The notes under the pieces are model-generated. The model saw only the letters and a list, made by a program, of their open reading frames with translations. It was not told the origin of the DNA and searched no databases. This document shows, piece after piece, positions 52,190 through 61,544 of a stretch of 64,000 nt of DNA. The translations under genes were made by a program, and so were the position numbers. Within the stretch, counting starts at the first letter, position 1, and every line of letters begins with the position of its first letter. The DNA comes from Tetramitus jugosus (lineage: Eukaryota; Protista; Heterolobosea): positions 1 through 64,000 of the forward strand of contig OW569362.1 in assembly GCA_937625935.1 (NCBI GenBank). The letters run 5' to 3'.

Positions 52190-53770
52190 GTAATGTGTAA
52201 ATTTGAACAGATTCCGTTCTCAACAGCTACCCTTATAGAAATGTCTGACGATTTCGTAACAGCTATGGAATGCAGTCTATATGGACGATTGCAATCTGTT
52301 CGCTGAGTCAAGAGAGGATATCGAAAAGTGCCCAAAGGCAATGTCCACAGTGTTGCGGTGGCTACGTATGACTATGCATCCAGATTTGTGAAATTGTAAA
52401 TTTAAATGGCTTAAAAACTTGATTCAACACGTAAAAAATTCTCCACTCCGGCTGATTAGGGAAAATATCATATCCTTGGAATATTATGAATTTTTTTGGA
52501 TCTTCTCTTCTAAAGTTTAATTACTTGGAATGAATAGATTGTTCTCAAATTCTTAAAGTATGAATGACCTCCGGGCTTGTCCTCTCCCTATAGATACCAT
52601 CGTCTGGAGAGAAAGAAAAAACACAAGAATATTTGTCTATGAGATGGCTCTTGTGAATGGAAGGATCAAACTTTCAGAGAGAAGAATCAATAATATTGTT
52701 CTTCATGAACCTCGGTTCAGGAGGAAAGAATATCCTGAAAGTACAATCACTTAGAAATATGGAGACATGAGTATGGCATATTAAAGAGTCTGTCTATATC
52801 AGACTCAACTTTCTCTTTGAATTCTTTCTGCTTGTGGATTTCGCAGTGAAATTTACTCTTCAACTTGAGTGAGAACAACTCTAAGAGTTTCGACAGTCTT
52901 CTCTACTGTTTGTACGTGGCCTATTTTGTTGTTCATCTCCAGTTGTAAGTATTGGCCGCGTCGTCAGTATTGCTTGACTCTCAATTGACCAAGTCCCGTC
53001 GATGTCCCACAATCAACTCACAGGCTGCTCTCTCACCGTAGAACTTCATTGATAAGGAGAAATCTATTTTCGCAATATCTTAGAAGCATCATTTCTTTTG
53101 ATGTTAACATCCAAGCTGATTTCAAAACCATCAGAGAGGAACCAAGTAATCCTCAACTTCCTTTTGTCAATAATTTCTTTTGCGTACTCATTATTTTGAA
53201 AATTGAGTGGGTTAAATACAGTACAACTCAAGTTATAAGTCCCTTATCGAATGTTCTATTGTAGGTATAGATTCAATTATGATTAATTTATTCTGAACTG
53301 TGTTTTTCGGGATATATGCTTGACTAGCTTAGTTTTGAGATATAAAATCAGTTTTCGAAATTATACAATGCCGAAATATAGAGTCGAGAATGTTGGATAT
53401 CACCGGAAGATAAAGTCATAGTTGATTTAATTCTTTAATATGGATAGAGTCATTCATTGGAGTATGAGACAGTCATACGGAAGATGGTATGACATGAAAG
53501 TTTATTATTCTGTTAGTTATGGATGTTTTTTGATCGTGAATGACAAGGACCTGAGTGATTCAATTGACATTATCACAACAAGGAGATAAAGAAAAGATGT
53601 AAGGATGCTTATCTGTCTATCCAATGTATGGCTCTTGTGAATGGAAGCTTTAATCTTTCAAAAAACATCGTTGCTCGGAATTTTTAACCGATTATTTACA
53701 ATATTTAAACAAAAAGAGTTCTTACTTTCTCAGAACCACGAAAACCCAAAACTGAACACCATTCAACAAC

Positions 53771-54514
53771 ATGACAAACCCAATAGATAGTCCAGCCCAG
53801 TCAAGATGCAAGAAACCTAACTCGAATGACTTCCACAGAACCCTGATGCGTATATCAACCGTGGTTGCGCTTGCAACGAGCTTGGTCTGTATGAGAAAGC
53901 TACTGCTGATTTCAATGAAGCATTATTGGGGAATCCAGAAGATGAAATTACATGTTTCAACCGCGGTTGAGCTTGTAATGAACTTGACCAGTCAGAGAGA
54001 GCCATTGCTGACTTCGATGAAGCACTAAAACGAGATGCGGAAAATGTAGATGCATATATACTAATGTGATGAACTCGGTCAGTTTGAGAAAACCATTTCT
54101 GACTATAATGAAGCACTAAAGCGGAGTCCAGACGATGCAACTTCTTATCATAATCGTGGTTGGTCACACTATGAGTTTGGTCAGTATGAAAAAGCGATTG
54201 CGGATTACAATGAAGCTCTCCGGTTCAATTCAGAATTTGAAGTGGCTTATCTCAACCGTGGTTTGGCTCAATATAAGTTAAGACAGTATGACTCAGGTAC
54301 ATTAGATTATGCAGAGGATCTTGAAATTCTTAATAACTACCTCCTTAACATCAACAGCAGCCATCAACTTAAAAAGCAGCTGCGCCAAATTCAAGCGTGC
54401 ATCACCCACTTCACGCCAATTGTCAATCAGCCAGAAACTGAAGAGTTGTTAAAGAAGTTAAATCTGCTAAAAGAAACAACTGAACAGAAGCTTACACTGA
54501 TCAATCATATTTAA
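53771..54514 (+). pseudogene. TPR-repeat pseudogene
   Basis: TPR motifs (AYINRGCACNELGLYEKATADFNEAL; YEKAIADYNEAL; AYLNRGLAQYKL) are broken by frameshifts and TGA/TAA stops. Confidence 0.8.
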
Positions 54515-54659
54515 ACAATGTTTCATAGGTTACAATGACGAACAATCATAAAGGGCCAAGTCGAAGCCTCGAGTGCAATTTGGAATACGCCGCATACCGC
54601 TTCATATCAGAGTTCCGAAAAAACCAACTTGAACAAAGCCAAACAAAACGAAACCAAAC

Positions 54660-55778
54660 ATGTTTATCAATTCAAGAATGTCGACCCGGCCAGCAGAAGC
54701 ATCCATGGATGCTCCCCAAGCAAAAAAGCAAAGACTCATGGACATCGTTGCCGATCAACCGACGCCAACACAATCGATTGAACAGCAGCCTGCTGTGAAT
54801 GAAACAACCAACAACAAGAATAGCAATGTGAGAGTGCTTGGTCATGCGGTTCTACATCGTCCAAACTACACGGGACACACTCTATTATCCATGCATGGAG
54901 TGGAGCTTGCCAAAATTCCAGAGAAGCGATTCCATTGGTACTTGCGAAAGAATTTGGCCACGCAGGTGGATGATCTTACGATCCGATTGAAGTTTGAGGC
55001 AGCAGGCAATGGAAATGCTGGTGATGAGTACTATATGAGTGAGCACAAGAATCATTGTGTCGTGTGTGGTGATGAATCGCACTATACGAGACATCATGTC
55101 GTTCCTCACGAGTACAGACGATGTTTTCCATTAGAACTGAAATCGAGTAACTCACATGATATTCTATTGTTGTGCAGTAATTGTCATGAAGTGTACGAAA
55201 CAGAGGCAATGAAATTGAAGAAGGGTATCTGTGAACAATACAAGGTGAATATCAATGGATATGGCAAGGAGAGAGATCAAAGTATTTTGAAAGCAAAGAG
55301 TTGGGTCAACGCATTGATGAATCATCGAAGCAAGATACCTCACGACAGAGTGTTGGAACTGAATCGATCATTGAATCAGTTCTTGGTTGAAAGAGGAATC
55401 ATGTCAGTGCCAGACATTGACACTCAGATCCAGGATCAAAGCAACAACAACAACAATGAAGTCAACAGTGACCAAATGATGGATGACAATGAAGAGAAAG
55501 AACAGCAAATTGATTATCCAGCATGGATGAATGCAGATGTGCCTCTCAATTTGATGCCAGCCGTATTGAACATGGACGAATGGATCGGTTTAGATCAATT
55601 TGTGACTCATGGAGAAGGAGTTGTCAAATCACTGTTAGAGGGTGCTGATTCGAATGAGGAACGGATTCGAAGAATGGACGAATTTGCCGTCTCCTGGAGA
55701 CAACACTTTGTAGATATCATGAACCCAAAGCACATTAATCCTCACTGGTCTGTCACCCGATCCATGAAAAGAAAATAA
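54660..55778 (+). CDS. Stand-alone EXD2-C-terminal-like HNH/zinc domain protein
   Basis: WYLRKNLA, IRLKFE, NHCVVCG, RHHVVPHEYRRCFP..KSSNSHDILLLCSNCH and WRQHFVDIMNPKH..WSV. No DEDDy exonuclease motifs upstream. Confidence 0.82.
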   Translation: MFINSRMSTRPAEASMDAPQAKKQRLMDIVADQPTPTQSIEQQPAVNETTNNKNSNVRVLGHAVLHRPNYTGHTLLSMHGVELAKIPEKRFHWYLRKNLATQVDDLTIRLKFEAAGNGNAGDEYYMSEHKNHCVVCGDESHYTRHHVVPHEYRRCFPLELKSSNSHDILLLCSNCHEVYETEAMKLKKGICEQYKVNINGYGKERDQSILKAKSWVNALMNHRSKIPHDRVLELNRSLNQFLVERGIMSVPDIDTQIQDQSNNNNNEVNSDQMMDDNEEKEQQIDYPAWMNADVPLNLMPAVLNMDEWIGLDQFVTHGEGVVKSLLEGADSNEERIRRMDEFAVSWRQHFVDIMNPKHINPHWSVTRSMKRK

Positions 55779-55909
55779 AACAACTCCCCTCCTCTCTTCG
55801 AACTCACGTGTACTATCGCAAAGTCTTGTGTGTACTCACACAACAGCAACAACAGAACAAATATGAACCTAAGTTTTAGAGCAAAAAAACATTGACCGCA
55901 AGAGCCATT

Positions 55910-56644
55910 TCATTCAATCCATGTCGCAACATGCTGTGCCAAAACTTCCAAAGGATCTACCACCAGTAATTGTTCGCTGCTGATGTTGTAAATGTCCAAA
56001 AATCCTTCGGTAGACGGTATCAAATCAGCAATATCTGTGCACCCCAATATCACCACTCTCATTTCCTCATGATCACTCTTCATTTGAGCCACTTGTTCAC
56101 GAATATAGGACAAACAATCGACATTGTCCGCCGATGGACTCGCAATAAACGTATCCCTTCCACCAATAATACTATAAATGCAATTATGAATGCCATCCAA
56201 TGACTCCAATCCCACTGGTAACACCACATTCATCCTCTTTTCCGACATGCGCTCAATGACATTATGATAGAGACGTGAACCGATCACTCCCTTTGTAGTT
56301 ACCAATCCAACAGTCAAATCAATCTCACCATCAAATCTCTCAATAATACTGCTCACCGTCAACTCAATCATATCAATGAATTCAACACTGGGGAACAGAG
56401 CTCTCAAGTCCTTTAGATAAATGTGAGCCGTGTTACACAGAATGGCAATACGTGAACAACCACCATTGACAAGTGCCTGTACGGATTGAGCCAATTGTTG
56501 AATAATGATGCTTGGATCGACATTCACAAGTTGTATCAATGGATTGTTGTAGAGCATGAATGGTATGGTGAGATTTCTGGAAATTAGCTTTTTGACAAAT
56601 CCGGCAGATGCTCTGCTTCCTACGCCTCCAATCAGTCCAATCAT
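55910..56644 (-). CDS. Aspartate/glutamate racemase family protein
   Basis: MIGLIGGVG plus both catalytic cysteines (LCNTAH and LGCTD), and VVDPLEVLA. Confidence 0.9.
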   Translation of the reverse strand: MIGLIGGVGSRASAGFVKKLISRNLTIPFMLYNNPLIQLVNVDPSIIIQQLAQSVQALVNGGCSRIAILCNTAHIYLKDLRALFPSVEFIDMIELTVSSIIERFDGEIDLTVGLVTTKGVIGSRLYHNVIERMSEKRMNVVLPVGLESLDGIHNCIYSIIGGRDTFIASPSADNVDCLSYIREQVAQMKSDHEEMRVVILGCTDIADLIPSTEGFLDIYNISSEQLLVVDPLEVLAQHVATWIE

Positions 56645-57056
56645 TATTATCTGTGTGTCTCTGTTGTTGTTGTAGTTGTGTCCCTGCACTACTTTTTTTC
56701 ACGTGCCTGAGAAATTGAACCAGGAGTTTCCCACGGGGTTATGATGTGTGATACAAACATTTAGGTATTGAATTTTCCGAATACTCCGTGTGCATTTGTA
56801 AACTTCAGTCAGTTTGTTGAGGCTTACATTTTGTAAGAAAATATTCCGGTTCGGTTGATCGAAAACACAAAAGAAAAGAGATCCCAACCAACCGACAACT
56901 GAGAGGAATTCTTGTCGATAATTGACTCTAAACTTTGGGCGCCTTCAAACCTCATTATTTGCAAAGTTCAAACACGAATAGGATATTCAAACGACGAAAC
57001 AACCAAACGCGACAACAAACGAAAAGTCATCCCACAACTTATTGTCTCTCCCGAGA

Positions 57057-59318
57057 ATGTCAACAGGAGCAACAAGCAGCGAAATGAACCCAACAACAAC
57101 TACTGAACCTAATGGTAGTCAACAAAGCGACCCACGGTTAGCAACTACTAGTACTGATAACACTCATCCTTCGAATGATATTAACCTTGGTTCCTCATCG
57201 AATAAGTTTAGCCAGAGATCTGATTCACCACGCACTGCGAGCAGCAGTCAATCTGATTCCCAGTATTCTTCAGGTCATGGCGGAAGAAGAAACAAGGATA
57301 ATTATTCCTCTTCATCGCGAGATGAACGCATGAGAGGAGGCGGCGATCGATTTGGAAACAACTATACTGACCATTCTGCGAGCATGGGAAATAGAGACTC
57401 GCGTGGAGGTGCTTCCTCGCGAGGTGGATACAATAACGACCAATACAATCGTCGGGCAAGGTCACCAGCAGATGATGGTGCATACAAGAGAAGAAGGGAC
57501 GACTATGATTCCTATTATCAGAACAACAATAACAACAATAAGAGAAGAAGAACCGGTGGTAGTGGTGGCGGACAATACAGTGGTGGTGATAACCAATACG
57601 GATCATCCAAACCTCCTTCTGGTGGTGTTGGTGGTGGTGGTGGTGCTGGAAGGTTCTCAAGAGGATATCAAGGCGCACAGATTGTGGCTGCCCAGTGGTC
57701 CGAGAGACAAGACTTTAAGCACGGAAATGGTATTCCACAGACCAACTTTAACCACCGAATATTCTTCTCTTATTTGGACAAACTGGCACAGACTCCATAT
57801 ATTGAAGAAGTGAGAAAAATGTTCAGTGATATTCATCAAACCATTTCTGGATCCAGATATGATAACATGTATCGGGTTTGTATGATTTTGATGACACCAC
57901 AAGAGTACGCATGTTTTGATATGCACGCAACCATTGGAAACATGGTGGAAATGTTTTATTATGATGGGTCTGTTCTGGTCATGTTGCCAAAGGAGAAGCC
58001 CTTGTCCAGTTACAAACGAAGACTGCTCGATAGATTGAACAATTGGTTACGCACGGAGAGAGTGACTGATGAAGCTGCAAAGAGATCACTTTTGGAGCGA
58101 TTAGACATGGGTACTGAGATGGTTCTCAATTACTTTGGTTTTACTGGACTCATCGGAAGCGTTGTTTTGAAGAGAAGATATGCCGAGAAGCCTTATCCAA
58201 CGAATGGTGCGTTGAGACACATCCTAGATCCTTTTATTGCCGTATTCCTGGCCATTTGCGACTTGAGAGAAAACATTGACATTGTTCAATCAAAGAATAC
58301 TGAAGACTTGCTTCAACTGAAGGATACCATGACCAAGTTTATGCCAAATGACTTTTTGCACTACCCTACAATATCAATTGGAGCAAATCAAGCCATTGCC
58401 TTTATGAGAGCACTCAAAGATTATCTTTGCAAGACCGAAATTGAACATGTCAAAGATCATCACAATTATGAGTTTGCAAGCCGATTGACTGCTAATCGAG
58501 AAGCTACTGGTCAAGTGGATCATCGCGCTCAAGCCGAGTCAAGCAGCACTGCTAGATATTCCAACGAACAGGCGCAGTTCTCTGCCCAGCAAGCACAGCC
58601 ACAAGTTGTGACGCAACCACCTGCTGTTGCTTCAATTGAGTCTCAACCGCTGCCACCTGGATGGGAGATTAGATACGATGACGAAGGACGTAGATACTTT
58701 GTTCACCTTCAAGAGTGGAAATCTCAATGGGAAGACCCAAGGGAGCAACTAGCAGCCCAGACGCAACAACAAGCTCAGGCTCAACCACAACAAGATCAGC
58801 ACCATCAATCGTCAAACGAAAATAGGGATGCATACAACCAATATCAGGCACAAATCCAACAACAACAATCGCAACCGCAGTCACAACCGCAGCAACAGAT
58901 AGCACCTCACGCAGAACAATATGGACAACAAGCGACCACTCAGGAATCGAGTACTGGAAATAGCACGAGTGTTACTACCGCCGCCGCTTATGCGCCACAA
59001 TCGAACGTTCGGGAGCCATATACAATCGAGCAACTGCATCAGGTGTTAAACAGTCATAATTTTAAGAGAATCAGCCACACACTTGACCGCAACGCCTACC
59101 GTGATTTGGACAAGTGTCAAACGCCACATGATTTTGCGAGAATAATTATACGCCTGAAAGGAAATTGGAAGCATGTATTCTGCGAGCACCGATTTAAACA
59201 AGAATATACCAAGCACAATTCCGAATCGCACACTTGCGCCTTTGCACACAGTGAAGAAGAAAGAAACTACTGGGACAGCATACGAAGCGAGCTCGGAATT
59301 GTGATAAACGATCGTTAA
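57057..59318 (+). CDS. RG/G-rich protein with a WW domain and C-terminal CCCH-like zinc finger (probably RNA-binding)
   Basis: WW: LPPGWEIRYDDEGRRYFVHLQEWKSQWEDPR. C-terminal FCEH...CAFAHSEEE. RGG-like N-terminus. Confidence 0.8.
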   Translation: MSTGATSSEMNPTTTTEPNGSQQSDPRLATTSTDNTHPSNDINLGSSSNKFSQRSDSPRTASSSQSDSQYSSGHGGRRNKDNYSSSSRDERMRGGGDRFGNNYTDHSASMGNRDSRGGASSRGGYNNDQYNRRARSPADDGAYKRRRDDYDSYYQNNNNNNKRRRTGGSGGGQYSGGDNQYGSSKPPSGGVGGGGGAGRFSRGYQGAQIVAAQWSERQDFKHGNGIPQTNFNHRIFFSYLDKLAQTPYIEEVRKMFSDIHQTISGSRYDNMYRVCMILMTPQEYACFDMHATIGNMVEMFYYDGSVLVMLPKEKPLSSYKRRLLDRLNNWLRTERVTDEAAKRSLLERLDMGTEMVLNYFGFTGLIGSVVLKRRYAEKPYPTNGALRHILDPFIAVFLAICDLRENIDIVQSKNTEDLLQLKDTMTKFMPNDFLHYPTISIGANQAIAFMRALKDYLCKTEIEHVKDHHNYEFASRLTANREATGQVDHRAQAESSSTARYSNEQAQFSAQQAQPQVVTQPPAVASIESQPLPPGWEIRYDDEGRRYFVHLQEWKSQWEDPREQLAAQTQQQAQAQPQQDQHHQSSNENRDAYNQYQAQIQQQQSQPQSQPQQQIAPHAEQYGQQATTQESSTGNSTSVTTAAAYAPQSNVREPYTIEQLHQVLNSHNFKRISHTLDRNAYRDLDKCQTPHDFARIIIRLKGNWKHVFCEHRFKQEYTKHNSESHTCAFAHSEEERNYWDSIRSELGIVINDR

Positions 59319-59754
59319 ACATTTGCGCACAGCGAGGGTAGAAGATGAATCTGTACGATTGTTGCTTCGTCTATAAGCTCGATATTTGTTATTTATAAAG
59401 TACCGTATTTGTTATATTTTCTAATCTTTCGAAGGCTGGAACACTGTTATATTATCGCATTACACAACCAACATACTTTGAGTCAATTGAACATTATATT
59501 TTTTGTACTTTTATTTGTGACTTGCGCGTTTGATGAGAGTAAAGTGCGGCATATATTCGATCATATTTCTTCTATCACTTAACATCTGATTCGTGGAGTC
59601 ACAGATGGAACCAACATTCAAGATGAATATGGTCATAACAATAAGGTATGTGTATATTGCAATTTGTTTGTCGTTGTTGTAGGTGCTTTCTCTCGGCATC
59701 ACAAAAAGCTCGGCAAGATGCCTTGCTTAATCAAATAAAGTATGATCTTTTATC

Positions 59755-60405
59755 TTATAGTCTTGACTGAATAAACGATCCTGTTGGGATATGGAACATG
59801 TGTAATATTGGTACAATTGTCTTGTTGAACAGCAGAGCCACAGTCTCATTCTTTGCTACAGCCAACGTCTTTCTGAACAAATTAAGTCGATACGCCAAAA
59901 TGATGAGCAGCAATGTGAGCTGAGTACCAGGCAAAGCCAGTCTCACAAGTGGCAATAGAAACGTAATCGTGTCAAGCAATTGGAACGTGATGCCTTCCAC
60001 CTTGCCAATCACCGTAGACAATGCTGACGAAGGCTTCTTCGCCTTCTTCTCCTGCTCCGATTGTTCTTCTTGAGATGACTCATTGTTCTTCTGTGTCTTC
60101 TTCGTCTTTCTTTTTGACAAATGAATACTCAATGTTTCCACAGAATCAACCAACTTTGTCATCAAATAGGCAAAATTGATCAGTGTAGCCGAAATGGACT
60201 TGAGTGCTCCTTTGCCTGCAACAACATTACCGCCATTCTCAAGTGACAATAGGGACTCTGCAATTTTTGTCACGTGAGACAAGAAGGTCTCCTTGGTGCT
60301 ATCAGTGGATGATGATCCTTTGTTCATTGTCGTGCTTCTTTGTAGTGTGGTTTCTTGAGATCTCAATTGTTTGATCTCGACGACAAAATCCCGAACAATT
60401 TCCAT
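59755..60405 (-). CDS. Hypothetical membrane-associated protein
   Basis: 216-aa ATG ORF with a hydrophobic hairpin near the C-terminus. Confidence 0.65.
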   Translation of the reverse strand: MEIVRDFVVEIKQLRSQETTLQRSTTMNKGSSSTDSTKETFLSHVTKIAESLLSLENGGNVVAGKGALKSISATLINFAYLMTKLVDSVETLSIHLSKRKTKKTQKNNESSQEEQSEQEKKAKKPSSALSTVIGKVEGITFQLLDTITFLLPLVRLALPGTQLTLLLIILAYRLNLFRKTLAVAKNETVALLFNKTIVPILHMFHIPTGSFIQSRL

Positions 60406-60591
60406 GAAGGTTCATTCGGAGCGGACGTTAAAATCAATTCCGACTCGGCTCAATTTCCTCTCTTGCTTCCTGACACGACAGGATGACACACCCAAGCAAC
60501 AACGAGTTATTCCGTTTCAACTCAAGCTTTTTGTCTTCTGAAAAAACATCACATTTTTAATTTTTAGCTCACACTCATCCATTTTACTACC

Positions 60592-61461
60592 ATGAGTCGT
60601 AAATTCAATATCCTGCTGTTTGCAGTCTTGATTGCCATTTTCTGCGCCGTTGCTCTGGCCAAAAAATCGTCATCTTCCCAATTAGCCAAGAAGAAGCTCT
60701 CACACAACAACGGTCGTCATCTACCACACAAGAAGCACCAAATGAACATTGTTCATGCTGATGATGACAATGTGAACAAGAAGAGCTCCAAAAGCTATAA
60801 AAAAAAATTCTCAGCAAAAGAAGTGGTGGATCACAAGGTTCCCTACGTTCACCAACTGTATGACACACCTGATGACTTTTGTGGAAATTGGGCATGTGGT
60901 CCAACGAGTACTGTCATGGCATTGGCCTACTATCAAAAGATTGGTGCTCGTCCAATTCAAGTCACCAAACTGTTCAATCATACATCGGACTTTGGTTTCT
61001 ACGTGTCAAAGAATTGGACGAGTTCAGTGACTGGTGCCGTGTTTGATCGTACACAGACTGATGCTTGTGATCGAGTGGCTTATGGTGCCTATGGTACGGC
61101 AACTGACGGTGGACTTGCTTATGCATGGAGAGTCCAAGAATTGTTGACAAAGAATGGATTGAAGTCAAAGTTTTATGACGCTGCTTCGATTCAAGTGATT
61201 CGTGATGCGTTGAACAATGGTAGATTGGTTGTCATGTCTACTCGTTTGACCAAGGGTGGTCACTTGGTGTTGGCCAAGGGATACGAGTATGATCAGAATG
61301 GTCAAATTCTGTTCATTGTCAATGATCCATATGGTAACAGAAATGATCCTGATACCTATGGCAAGAAGCACAATGGAGCTGATGTGAGATACACTTGGGA
61401 TTTGCTCCAAGGTGACTTGAGTGCTCAAAAGCCAAAGTGGATGGTTGAAATTCTACCATAA
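60592..61461 (+). CDS. Secreted peptidase C39-like cysteine protease
   Basis: Signal peptide; VPYVHQ, ACGPTS (Cys), GHLVLAKGY (His) and VNDPYG (Asp). Confidence 0.87.
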   Translation: MSRKFNILLFAVLIAIFCAVALAKKSSSSQLAKKKLSHNNGRHLPHKKHQMNIVHADDDNVNKKSSKSYKKKFSAKEVVDHKVPYVHQLYDTPDDFCGNWACGPTSTVMALAYYQKIGARPIQVTKLFNHTSDFGFYVSKNWTSSVTGAVFDRTQTDACDRVAYGAYGTATDGGLAYAWRVQELLTKNGLKSKFYDAASIQVIRDALNNGRLVVMSTRLTKGGHLVLAKGYEYDQNGQILFIVNDPYGNRNDPDTYGKKHNGADVRYTWDLLQGDLSAQKPKWMVEILP

Positions 61462-61544
61462 ACAACATAGTATAGCAGATGGTTACCACCACCGTTATTT
61501 ATTGAACAACAATTAGTTTCACCACTTACTTATTTTATTATGCG

